DNA of 64,000 bases from Candidatus Krumholzibacteriia bacterium (lineage in GTDB: Bacteria; Krumholzibacteriota; Krumholzibacteriia; LZORAL124-64-63), in the NCBI GenBank assembly GCA_050174015.1, contig JBFXKG010000007.1, positions 96,001-160,000 of the forward strand, given 5' to 3'. Position numbers and translations under genes: made by a program. This document shows positions 1-8,740 of this stretch, piece after piece. The notes beneath the pieces are model-generated. The model had not been told where the DNA came from and searched no databases. It saw only the letters and a program-made list of their open reading frames with translations. The stretch's first letter is position 1. Each line of letters begins with the position of its first letter.

Positions 1-611
1 TCTGCCGGGAGAAGATCCAGGCCCGCAAGCTGAAGATGCAGCTGGTGTCGGTCGAGCGGCAGTTCGACCACAAGAAGATCACCTTCTACTTCACGGCGGA
101 GAAACGCGTGGACTTCCGCCAGCTCGTGCGCGACCTGGCCGCGGTGTTCCGCACCCGCATCGAGCTGCGCCAGATCGGGGTGCGCGACGAGGCCCGCCTG
201 AAGGGCGGCATGGGGATCTGCGGCCGCGAGTTCTGCTGCTCCAGCTTCCTGCAGGACTTCGTGCCGGTCACCCTGAAGATGGCCAAGATCCAGCAGCTGC
301 CCCTGAACCCCGGCAAGCTGAGCGGCCCCTGCGGCCGCCTGCGCTGCTGCATGAACTACGAGCACACCGTCTACCAGGACCTGACCCGCTCCCTGCCCAA
401 GGTGGGCGCCCGCGTGCGCACCCCCGAGGGGCCGGGCCGGGTGCGCAAGCTCGACCTGCTGCGGGAATCCTGCACCGTCGAGGTCGAGGGCCGCGACGGG
501 ATCGTGGAGTTTCCGGCCAGCAAGCTGAAGTGGGAGCGAGGGCAGGAGCTGCCGCAGCCGCGGGAAGCGGACGGGGGAGAGTGCGGGGGATGTGCGCGGC
601 GGCCGTCGTGA
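1..611 (+). CDS. ricT: PSP1-domain / stage 0 sporulation regulator RicT (YaaT) family protein, 5'-truncated by the window edge
   Basis: FYFTAEKRVDFRQLVRDLA..RIELRQIGVRDEA, GICGREFCCSSF and KLSGPCGRLRCCMNYE are the PSP1/YaaT Cys motifs; the frame is open from the window start. Confidence 0.9.
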   Translation, partial: CREKIQARKLKMQLVSVERQFDHKKITFYFTAEKRVDFRQLVRDLAAVFRTRIELRQIGVRDEARLKGGMGICGREFCCSSFLQDFVPVTLKMAKIQQLPLNPGKLSGPCGRLRCCMNYEHTVYQDLTRSLPKVGARVRTPEGPGRVRKLDLLRESCTVEVEGRDGIVEFPASKLKWERGQELPQPREADGGECGGCARRPS

Positions 612-935
612 AAGCCGCAGAGACCAAGTGCCTCAAAGTGTTCCGTGATATAGGGGCGGCACCTGTTATTCGGTGGATTCGCTCTGCGAAGAGATCGATG
701 ACATACTATGGGTTTTCGAACGGGGTGGGTTGGATTGGCTTCTAGGCTGAAGTAACCTAAGGATGTTATGGAGGAATGACGGTACATCGTTCGGGGTAGG
801 GGACAATTTGAAACAAAGGCGGATCTTCAGAGCTGTTACGGACCAAAATCGGAATTTTTTCCTATTTATCCTCAAATATTGGCGAGTCGAAGGCATTGAG
901 CAAATGATGTGTCTATTTCAGTGGCCACCAAGACC

Positions 936-965
936 TTGACGTGGTCGCCATCGCTGCGATATAAT
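936..965 (+). promoter_or_regulatory. Putative sigma70 promoter
   Basis: TTGACG (936-941), 18-nt spacer, TATAAT (960-965), in an AT-rich intergenic region upstream of 1213. Confidence 0.55.
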
Positions 966-1212
966 CAAAATATGCAGTGTCCCATTGAAGTGACCGGGTC
1001 AAGAAATATGTAAAGTACTGGAATTTTCATGAACCTGGACTCTTCCTGAGAAGCAAGGGTAACATCGGATGGCCTGTTGTGCGGTTTTCACCTTGGTCTG
1101 GTTACTTTCCTGTGGGTGCCTTCGGAATGACGAACCCTGGTCGGACTGGGCCCTGGTGGGCTGAGTTGGCGCCCTTTCATGCGGCTGACGTCGGTCGGGC
1201 GAAAGATCTGTC

Positions 1213-3468
1213 ATGTTGGTCAATTGGAGACGGTATGCGAACTCCCTTATTTGCCAAATCTTGGCGTTTTATTTGTTGATGGTCGCCGTCCTGAGCGGTG
1301 GGTGCAGCGGCGGCAACGACCCCATGTCACCCTCGCCCGGAAACTCCCAGGATTATCTAATCAGCGCCAGGCCCGATACAATTGTCCATGAAGATTCGCA
1401 GGTGATGGTGATTATCCCCGCGGACATGTTCGAGGACGGTTCCCCAACCACCATCGCCACTTCGGTTGCCCCGGAACTGACGGCATTGCCGCCAGGGGTT
1501 TCCGCCCTTACGCAAGCGGTGCGGTTCAGCGCAGACTTGGGTTCACTTCAGGACCAGCCGGACAGCGTCCGGGTGGCCAAGGCCGTCATCGTCACACTGC
1601 CGGCCCTGCCCGGGGTAAAGGTGGCTCGCGAAAGTGTACCAGAGGAGTACGCGCGGGTGGCTGTGGAGATTCCGGGCTGGGGTACCATGATGGTCTACGG
1701 TTCGGCCAAGCCCACCGAGGGCAATCCTGGCGGCTTCATCGTGGAAATCCCGGAATTGTTTTTTGGATTGTTCGCATCCGAAGTGGGCCATCTGAAATGG
1801 GAGACTCAGATAGTGTGCGCTGCGGCACATCTGGATGTCCAACCGAAATTGTTTCACGTCCTGGGGATGTCTGGCGGTAATCCCTCAATCTCCGAGGTCA
1901 ATGGCCGGATCGACGTACCTGCCGGAAAAGGTCTGGTGGTGCTTATCCACGGTTGGAGCATGGATGAGTCGGCCCAATTCGACGGACAGCGAGCTGCCGA
2001 ACGGGTGGCGGGGTATTGGCGGGAGGCGATCGCCTATTTCCATGGACAGGCATCCCGCGAGTTGGATATGTATTGCTTGTTCTACGATGAAGACCTGGAC
2101 TTGGAGACAATCGGGGCCCAATTGCAGGAAAAAGCAGCCCAGTGGTTCGATCCCACCGTGCATAGTAAGGCAATCGTGGTGGCCCATTCCATGGGCGGAT
2201 TGGTCACACGGACTTGGATGAACAACAATCAGGGGACCCAGGTTGTCAAGAAGGCGATCCTCCTGGACACCCCCCACCACGGAAGCGTCTTGGCCAACAT
2301 CTTTCTGGGTTTGCGGGCATTGGTTCCATTGTTCTTGCCCCCCACCGGCGCCCAGAACTTGGTTTTCGACACAGGAATCGACCTTCCCTGGTTGCAGTGG
2401 CGGACTAACCCCTTCCTTGCGAATTTGAACGAGGATGAGTCCCATTGGCAGGAGTACTTCCTTGTGGGGGGCATCGATGTGCCCGATCATTGGCCCACGA
2501 TTGCAACTCAAAAGTTATTCCTCCTTTGCCATGGGGCGATTTCCGATCCTCGTTTTGCGGGGCAGAGCGATGGAGTCGTGGAACTGGGTAGTCAGTTGCC
2601 GGATGATCTACACCACGATGTCAACGAGAAGAGGCACGGCCGTTACCACGATGACGCCAAGAGCGATCCCGCACTCCTGGCTTACTGTTTGCAGAAGATC
2701 CGTGAAAACATCAACCCGTTTCCCGACCCCGTGGGACAGTTCCTGCGGATCCCCGCCGGGACCTTTATAATGGGAAGCCCCTTGGGGGAATTGGGCCGGT
2801 ATTCCGACGAGGTCCAGCACCAAGTCACCCTGACACGGCCGTTCTGGCTGGCGACCACAGAGGTGACAGAGGAGTTGTGGGATTCAGTAATGGGCTCGGG
2901 GACCTCGACCTCCCAACTCCCCAAGGTCTATGTAGAATGGGACGAAGCGGTGGCCTTCTGCAACCAATTATCCTTGCGGGAAGGTTTGGCGCCGGCTTAC
3001 ACCCAATCGGGGACGAGGTGGGTCTGGAACCAGAGCACAAACGGCTTCCGATTGCCGACGGAAGCTGAATGGGAATTTGCATGCCGGTCGGGAAGTTCAA
3101 CGGCATTCGCTAACGGCGGGATCACTGAGGTGGGTTGTGATAACGACCCCAATCTGAATGCGATGGGCTGGTATTGTGGTAATTCAGATAACCAAAGACA
3201 TGTGGTGGGCCAGAAAGCGGCCAATCCTTGGGGACTGTTTGACATGCACGGCAATGTTTGGGAATGGTGTTGGGATTGGTACGGCAGTTATTCGACTTTG
3301 GCGGTGACGGACCCGGTGGGACCGGATTCGGGCTCGTACCATGTGCTCCGGGGCGGCAGTTTCGGCGCGGGTGCTCGCGATTGTCGGTCTGCGGCTCACG
3401 GTCTCAATTACCCTGTTAGCAGCGACTTTGGCATACGCGGATTCCGTTTATCGAGGTCGGCCTTTTGA
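1213..3468 (+). CDS. Putative lipoprotein: alpha/beta-hydrolase (PGAP1/lipase-like) domain fused to a C-terminal FGE-sulfatase (SUMF1-like) domain
   Basis: Hydrophobic stretch ending VLSGGC (lipobox-like). Hydrolase motifs LIHGW, AHSMGG, LDTPHHGS, SDGVV. FGE-sulfatase motifs IPAGTFIMGS, TEVT, FRLPTEAEWEFACR, NPWGLFDMHGNVWEWCWD, VLRGGSF, GFR. Confidence 0.8.
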   Translation: MLVNWRRYANSLICQILAFYLLMVAVLSGGCSGGNDPMSPSPGNSQDYLISARPDTIVHEDSQVMVIIPADMFEDGSPTTIATSVAPELTALPPGVSALTQAVRFSADLGSLQDQPDSVRVAKAVIVTLPALPGVKVARESVPEEYARVAVEIPGWGTMMVYGSAKPTEGNPGGFIVEIPELFFGLFASEVGHLKWETQIVCAAAHLDVQPKLFHVLGMSGGNPSISEVNGRIDVPAGKGLVVLIHGWSMDESAQFDGQRAAERVAGYWREAIAYFHGQASRELDMYCLFYDEDLDLETIGAQLQEKAAQWFDPTVHSKAIVVAHSMGGLVTRTWMNNNQGTQVVKKAILLDTPHHGSVLANIFLGLRALVPLFLPPTGAQNLVFDTGIDLPWLQWRTNPFLANLNEDESHWQEYFLVGGIDVPDHWPTIATQKLFLLCHGAISDPRFAGQSDGVVELGSQLPDDLHHDVNEKRHGRYHDDAKSDPALLAYCLQKIRENINPFPDPVGQFLRIPAGTFIMGSPLGELGRYSDEVQHQVTLTRPFWLATTEVTEELWDSVMGSGTSTSQLPKVYVEWDEAVAFCNQLSLREGLAPAYTQSGTRWVWNQSTNGFRLPTEAEWEFACRSGSSTAFANGGITEVGCDNDPNLNAMGWYCGNSDNQRHVVGQKAANPWGLFDMHGNVWEWCWDWYGSYSTLAVTDPVGPDSGSYHVLRGGSFGAGARDCRSAAHGLNYPVSSDFGIRGFRLSRSAF

Positions 3469-3578
3469 TGCCGCGCAGCGACATCAGGTCTTCCCCCTCA
3501 TTATCCTTGGAAATTACCTCCACCCCGTGGATGATTGGGAAAACCCGACACCCGTGATCCGCGAGGTTCCTTGTTCCG

Positions 3579-4382
3579 ATGATCGACAGCCACGTCCACC
3601 TCAACCGCCGCGAGTTCGCCGGCGAGCAAGCGGCGGTGATCGAGCGCGCCCGCGCAGCCGGCGTCCGCGGCTTCCTCAACGTGGGCTACGACCCGGTCAC
3701 CTGCCGCGAGTCCATCGCCCTGGCCGAGGCCCATCCCGACATCTGGGCCACCGTAGGCATCCATCCCCACGACGCCCGCCTGCTGGCCGACGACCAGGGC
3801 AACCACCACCAGCAGGGGCTGGACCTGCTGCTGGAGATCGAGGAGCTCGCAGCTCATCCGAAGGTCGTGGCCGTCGGCGAGATCGGCCTGGACTTCTACC
3901 GCGACCTGTCGCCCCGCCCGGCCCAGCGCACCGCCCTTCTGGCCCAGCTCGAACTGGCCGACCGCGTGGGCCTGCCGGTCGTCTTCCACGTCCGCGACGC
4001 CTGGCAGGAGACCCTCGACTTCCTCGACGAGGTGGGGCCGCCGCGCCGCAAGGGCATCCTCCACTCGTTCTCCGGAGGACCCGAGCACGTGGACTGGGCC
4101 CGGGACCACGGATTTCTGCTGGGCATCGGCGGTCCGGTGACCTATAAGAACAGTGCGCTGCCCCCTCTGGTGGCGCGTGCGGGCATCGGGATGCTCGTCC
4201 TGGAGACCGACGCGCCGTGGCTGCCGCCCGTGCCCTGGCGGGGGCAGCGGAACGAGCCGTCCTACCTGGAGAAGACCCGGGACAAGGTGGCCGAGGCCCT
4301 GGGCCTGGCGCCCGCCGAGGTGACGGCCCGCACCACCGAGAACTTCGCCCGCCTGTTCGGCGTGGAGGTGCCCGGGGCATGA
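3579..4382 (+). CDS. tatD: TatD family deoxyribonuclease
   Basis: IDSHVHL, GIHPH, GEIGLDFY, FHVRDA, LHSF, LETDAPWLPP, RNEP motifs. Confidence 0.95.
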   Translation: MIDSHVHLNRREFAGEQAAVIERARAAGVRGFLNVGYDPVTCRESIALAEAHPDIWATVGIHPHDARLLADDQGNHHQQGLDLLLEIEELAAHPKVVAVGEIGLDFYRDLSPRPAQRTALLAQLELADRVGLPVVFHVRDAWQETLDFLDEVGPPRRKGILHSFSGGPEHVDWARDHGFLLGIGGPVTYKNSALPPLVARAGIGMLVLETDAPWLPPVPWRGQRNEPSYLEKTRDKVAEALGLAPAEVTARTTENFARLFGVEVPGA

Positions 4383-5224
4383 CCGAGACCCCGCGCAGCC
4401 AGTTGAGCCTGCTGAAGTCCCACGGGATCAGGCCGGTCAAGCGCCGCGGCCAGAACTTCCTGCTCGACGGCAATCTCGCCCGGGCCATCGCCGCCGACGT
4501 GCTGGCGCTCAGCCCCCGGGTCCTGGAACTGGGGGCGGGGGGAGGAGCCCTGACGGGGCCCTTGCTGGAGAAGGCCGAAAGGGTGGTCTGCGTGGAGATC
4601 GACCGCCACCTCTGCGGGGTCCTGCAGGCCGAATTCGGGAGCCGGCCGGTCTTCACCCTGGTGGAGGGGGACCTGGCGCGCCTGGACTGGGACGCCACCC
4701 TGGCCTTGGCCGGCGAGCGGCCGGCCGTGGCCGGGAACCTGCCCTACGTCCTGACCAGCACGGTCCTGTTCGCCCTGGCCGGGCTGAGGGACCGCATCTC
4801 GGGCGGGGTCTTCATGGTGCAGAAGGAAGTGGCCGAGCGGATGACCGCCCCCCCCGGGGGGAGGGATTACGGCGTGCTTTCCATCCTGCTCGGCTCCATT
4901 TTTGCTATCGAGACCCTGCGCCCGGTTCCGAGGGACGTGTTCTGGCCCAAGCCGGACGTCGCCTCGGCGGTGGTCCGGCTGGTCCCGGCGCAGCGGTGGA
5001 CGGACCAGGAGTTCGCCCGGTTCACCGCGGTGGTCAGGGCGGCTTTCGAACAACGCCGCAAGAAGTTGCGCTCGGTGTTGCGGGCCCGTTTCGGTTATGA
5101 TCAGCAGGTGGCCGAGGATCTGGCCGTCCGGGCGGGCGTCGATCCGGACCTGCGGCCCGAACAGATCACCCCGCCCCAGTGGCGCGCGCTGGCAACCCTG
5201 GTGTCCCCAGAAGGATGCAAGTGA
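4379..5224 (+). CDS. rsmA: 16S rRNA m6,6A dimethyltransferase RsmA/KsgA
   Basis: GQNFL, LELGAGGG, VEID, GNLPY, MVQKEVAER, FWPKPDVAS, FEQRRKKL; ATG at 4379 overlaps the tatD stop (ATGA). Confidence 0.95.
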   Translation: MTETPRSQLSLLKSHGIRPVKRRGQNFLLDGNLARAIAADVLALSPRVLELGAGGGALTGPLLEKAERVVCVEIDRHLCGVLQAEFGSRPVFTLVEGDLARLDWDATLALAGERPAVAGNLPYVLTSTVLFALAGLRDRISGGVFMVQKEVAERMTAPPGGRDYGVLSILLGSIFAIETLRPVPRDVFWPKPDVASAVVRLVPAQRWTDQEFARFTAVVRAAFEQRRKKLRSVLRARFGYDQQVAEDLAVRAGVDPDLRPEQITPPQWRALATLVSPEGCK

Positions 5225-7287
5225 AGGCTTTCTTGGACAGGACAGCGGCCCCGTTCCTCGCCATGGCGGTTGCCTCCGCCCTGGCCTTCGTCCTCGCCGC
5301 CGCCTCTCCGGCCCTGGCCCAGGACTTCGAGGACGCCGAGGAGGATACCACCGGCGCCGCCGCCGATTCCCTCAGCAACGCCGAGATGCTGCGTCTGGCC
5401 GCCCTGGAGGCCGAGGCCGTCTCGGGCGATCCTCTGGGGCCCTTCTGGCAGGGGATGACCAACAAGCCCAAGGCCGGGGTCAGGTCCAACGTCCGCCAGT
5501 ACAGCTACTACGGGGAGAACGTCACCAACGTCAGCTTCCGGGAGGGCTCGTTCACCAACACGAGCAACTATTCCTGGGAGGAGTACCGCAAGCAGGACAA
5601 GACCCTCGAGAAGCGCACCGACCAGTTCAACTACAACGCCGGCCGCCTCTTTCCCTTCGTCGCCACCATCACCGGCAACTGGGACTGGAGCGAGGATCTG
5701 ACGACCAACACGGCCGGGTTCACGAACCTCAGCAAGCGGGACTTCAAGACCGTCAACCTGACGGCATCCAGGACCAAGTTCCAGGCGGGAGGCTTCACCA
5801 ACACCCTGAAGGCCGACGCCAAGTTCGAGGATCAGCAGAGCGTCAACCAGGGCCAGCGGAACGATTTCAGCGAGGGCTCCCTGTCCGGGGGCCTGCAGAG
5901 CGGGGCCGCCCTGTCCGAAGGCGTGACGGTCGCCGGGCGATACTTCGCCAAGACCACCTCGGGCGACCGCAGCCTCGGCAACTCGACCAGCCCCTCGTCG
6001 GCCAGCGCGGACTCGGCCGGCTTCGGGGTGTACTTCGACCGCAGCTTCGGAACCGGCCGGGTCGCGGTCACCCGCAGCAACTTCGACAAGAAGTACCTGG
6101 ACTTCAAGAAGAACAGCAACGGCCTGATCGACACCGTGGGCCTCGCCGACGAGGACAAGGTGGTCGAGGAACTCGAGACCCGGGACGCGGTCTCGGTCGA
6201 GTTCGAGCACACCCTGCAGCTGCGCCGGATGAAGCTCGTCACCAAGGCGTCCCGGTCCACCGACAACCAGGACTACCGGGTCAGCGGCGTGGGCCTGAAG
6301 GAGCGCGAACAGGACCAGTTCGACGTGACCTGGGGCTTCGGCGTCGGCCGCGACTCCCTGGCCCTGTCCTACAAGTTCCTGTGGAAGTGGGACGACCAGC
6401 GCATCAAGGGCGCCACCCTGAACCGCGGTCGCCAGTACACCAAGAGCCGCAACTACGACCTGACCTGGATGCGCCCCCTCATCGGCGGCACCCGGATGAC
6501 CTTCAAGTACCACGAGGGCCTGACCCAGGACATCGCCGAGAAGGTCCACAACCAGAACGACAAGGACCGCCTGCAGACCGACGTGTCCCTGCGCCTGGAC
6601 CGCGACTGGCAGCAGAAGTTCAAGACCTCGATGATCTTCAGCTACAAGCAGGGCCAGGACCTGTCCATCCGCGAATCCCGGTCCTCGAACAACAACGTCA
6701 AGGACTCCTACGAGATCTCGCCGGGCTTCCTGTGGACCCTGGCGCCCTGGCTCACCCTGGACCAGAGCTACCAGGTCTTCATCCAGTACACCGACTACGT
6801 CTACTCCGATCTGGAGTCGGTCAACCGGGACGACAACTACAACAAGCGCGGCAACCTCACCACCAAGGTGACGATCAAACCCACCCGCCGCCTGGACCTG
6901 GTGGTGCGGAACGACTACAACCGGCGCTTCAACGCCACCCGCGTCGTGACCGACGCCGCGGGCAACAGCTACTACCACAAGGACCAGATCCAGACCATCA
7001 ACAAGATCGATTTCGGCCTGACCTTCCGCGTGGCCCCGGGCGTGACCCTCGAAAGCGCGACCTACCAGACCGAGGACGTCAAGGACACCTTCGGCGCGCG
7101 CGACCGGACCACCACCACCCGGTCGGGCGAGGTCTGGGTCGGCACCAAGGTCAACAAGCGCTGGGGCAAGACCAGGCCCCTGGAACTCTCGGCCACGGTC
7201 AAGAAGTACAACGCCTACGGGCCGGCGGTGACCGCCACGAGCGCCGATTACTGGGAGGCCGACGTCTGGATGAAGTGGGAGTTCTGA
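5215..7287 (+). CDS. Hypothetical outer-membrane beta-barrel protein
   Basis: Signal peptide (..ASPALA/Q), alternating amphipathic strands rich in Y/F/W/T/N/D, C-terminal MKWEF with terminal Phe, strong GC3 bias; start 5215 or 5221. Confidence 0.7.
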   Translation: MQVKAFLDRTAAPFLAMAVASALAFVLAAASPALAQDFEDAEEDTTGAAADSLSNAEMLRLAALEAEAVSGDPLGPFWQGMTNKPKAGVRSNVRQYSYYGENVTNVSFREGSFTNTSNYSWEEYRKQDKTLEKRTDQFNYNAGRLFPFVATITGNWDWSEDLTTNTAGFTNLSKRDFKTVNLTASRTKFQAGGFTNTLKADAKFEDQQSVNQGQRNDFSEGSLSGGLQSGAALSEGVTVAGRYFAKTTSGDRSLGNSTSPSSASADSAGFGVYFDRSFGTGRVAVTRSNFDKKYLDFKKNSNGLIDTVGLADEDKVVEELETRDAVSVEFEHTLQLRRMKLVTKASRSTDNQDYRVSGVGLKEREQDQFDVTWGFGVGRDSLALSYKFLWKWDDQRIKGATLNRGRQYTKSRNYDLTWMRPLIGGTRMTFKYHEGLTQDIAEKVHNQNDKDRLQTDVSLRLDRDWQQKFKTSMIFSYKQGQDLSIRESRSSNNNVKDSYEISPGFLWTLAPWLTLDQSYQVFIQYTDYVYSDLESVNRDDNYNKRGNLTTKVTIKPTRRLDLVVRNDYNRRFNATRVVTDAAGNSYYHKDQIQTINKIDFGLTFRVAPGVTLESATYQTEDVKDTFGARDRTTTTRSGEVWVGTKVNKRWGKTRPLELSATVKKYNAYGPAVTATSADYWEADVWMKWEF

Positions 7288-7288
7288 C

Positions 7289-7921
7289 ATGACCCGTTCC
7301 GCACCGCGCATCCTGCAGTCGACGGCTCACCTCGCGGCCCTCCTCGTCGGCCTGGCGGCGCTGTCCGGGTGCCTCTTCGAGCCGCGCGATCCCGCCCCGC
7401 CGAGCACCAGCAGCATCCAGTACCTGCCGAAGACCAGCCCGGCCAACGTGTGGGCCAACCTGGAGAGATCCCTGGTGAACACCCACGCCTTCGGCTGGGA
7501 GGACAACGTGGTGCCCGAAGGGGGCACCCCGTTCATCTACATCCCCGACTCCCAGGCCGCCGACCAGTTCCCCGGCGTCTTCGACGGCTGGAACCGGACC
7601 AAGGAAGTGGCGTTCATCAACCGTCTCTACAACAGCGACGTCACCATCACGGCCAAGCTGAAGGAGGACGGGTTCGTCCCCCCTGACGATTCCGGCGGCG
7701 AGGTCCAGTGGGAAGGGGTGGTCTACGACGTCTCGGTCACCAGCAAGACCGACGGATCGACCACCCGGTACCGGGGCCGGGCCATCATAACTTTTAGCGT
7801 GGAGGGAAATTTTTGGTATATTACACGCTGGGAAGACCAGTTCGGGGAAAGTAACCCGGACAATCCGGACCAGATCCTGCCTACGATGGGGGTGTTGCGG
7901 GGAACTTTTGGTAGCAAATAA
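7289..7921 (+). CDS. Hypothetical lipoprotein (possible NTF2/SnoaL-like fold)
   Basis: Lipobox LSGC; translationally coupled to the upstream gene; SPANVWANL...WYITRWED pattern. Confidence 0.7.
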   Translation: MTRSAPRILQSTAHLAALLVGLAALSGCLFEPRDPAPPSTSSIQYLPKTSPANVWANLERSLVNTHAFGWEDNVVPEGGTPFIYIPDSQAADQFPGVFDGWNRTKEVAFINRLYNSDVTITAKLKEDGFVPPDDSGGEVQWEGVVYDVSVTSKTDGSTTRYRGRAIITFSVEGNFWYITRWEDQFGESNPDNPDQILPTMGVLRGTFGSK

Positions 7922-8033
7922 CCTCAGGATATGTTAAAATCGGGGAAAGCTTCCCCCTGCAACACGTCGGTTTCTCGCAAGAACAATGACCCTGTCACCC
8001 CCGGGAAACCCTGGCATTCTGGAGGATCGCACG

Positions 8034-8651
8034 ATGAAGATGAAGAGTTTCCTGACCCTGGGATTGGTAGGCCTGCTGCTGTTTCCCACAGGTTGCATCT
8101 TTTCCCCCGACGACGATGAAGGGGGCGGGGGCGGAGGACCGGCCGGACTGCCCTTTCCCGGTTCTCCGGACCAGCTGATGAAGAACTTCCGGTCCATCTA
8201 CGAGGCGATGGACATCGAGGGCTACCGGAACATGCTGCATCCGGACTACCTGACCATCCTGAAGGAATCCACCCGGCTGGACTTTCCCGAGGTGGGCGAG
8301 ACCCTCGACTACACCGAGGAGATCCGCATCCACACCAACATGTTCTCGGGCGCCTCGGGCCGCGACGCCCAGGGCAACCTGACCAATCCCATCTCGTCGA
8401 TCGAATTCGAGGAGCCCGTCCAGCTCACGGACTGGGAGACCAGTCCTGCGACCGATCCCATCCCCAACGCCCTGGCCGCCCTCTTCGAGGTGTCCTTCAA
8501 CTTCCTGCGGGCCGGCGACAAGACCCTGCAGGTGCAGGGCCAGATCAAGTTCTTCATCACCTCGCGGGATTCCCTGCACCAGGGAGTCAACAAGCAGTAC
8601 TACCAGATGATCGGGCAGTGGGACTTCACCGAGGACGAGCCGGTGAAGTAG
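8034..8651 (+). CDS. Hypothetical lipoprotein (possible NTF2/SnoaL-like fold)
   Basis: GGAGG SD upstream of ATG 8034; MKMKSFLTLGLVGLLLFPTGC lipobox; SPDQLMKNF..Y...D...Y..LHPDY pattern. Confidence 0.7.
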   Translation: MKMKSFLTLGLVGLLLFPTGCIFSPDDDEGGGGGGPAGLPFPGSPDQLMKNFRSIYEAMDIEGYRNMLHPDYLTILKESTRLDFPEVGETLDYTEEIRIHTNMFSGASGRDAQGNLTNPISSIEFEEPVQLTDWETSPATDPIPNALAALFEVSFNFLRAGDKTLQVQGQIKFFITSRDSLHQGVNKQYYQMIGQWDFTEDEPVK

Positions 8652-8667
8652 CTCGTCGGGTCGACGT

Positions 8668-8697
8668 GCGGGGCCGTCTCGGCGGCCCCGCTTTTTT
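8668..8697 (+). terminator. Rho-independent terminator
   Basis: GCGGGGCCG / CGGCCCCGC 9-bp stem followed by TTTTTT, 16 nt after the 8651 stop. Confidence 0.85.
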
Positions 8698-8740
8698 AGG
8701 CTCCTGCGGGTCCTGGCCAACCGCCCGTTCGCGGGCTACA

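Noticed and set aside
612..1212. Short ORFs or an RNA gene in the AT-rich gap
   Set aside because: No recognisable protein motifs, SD sites or tRNA/ncRNA structure.
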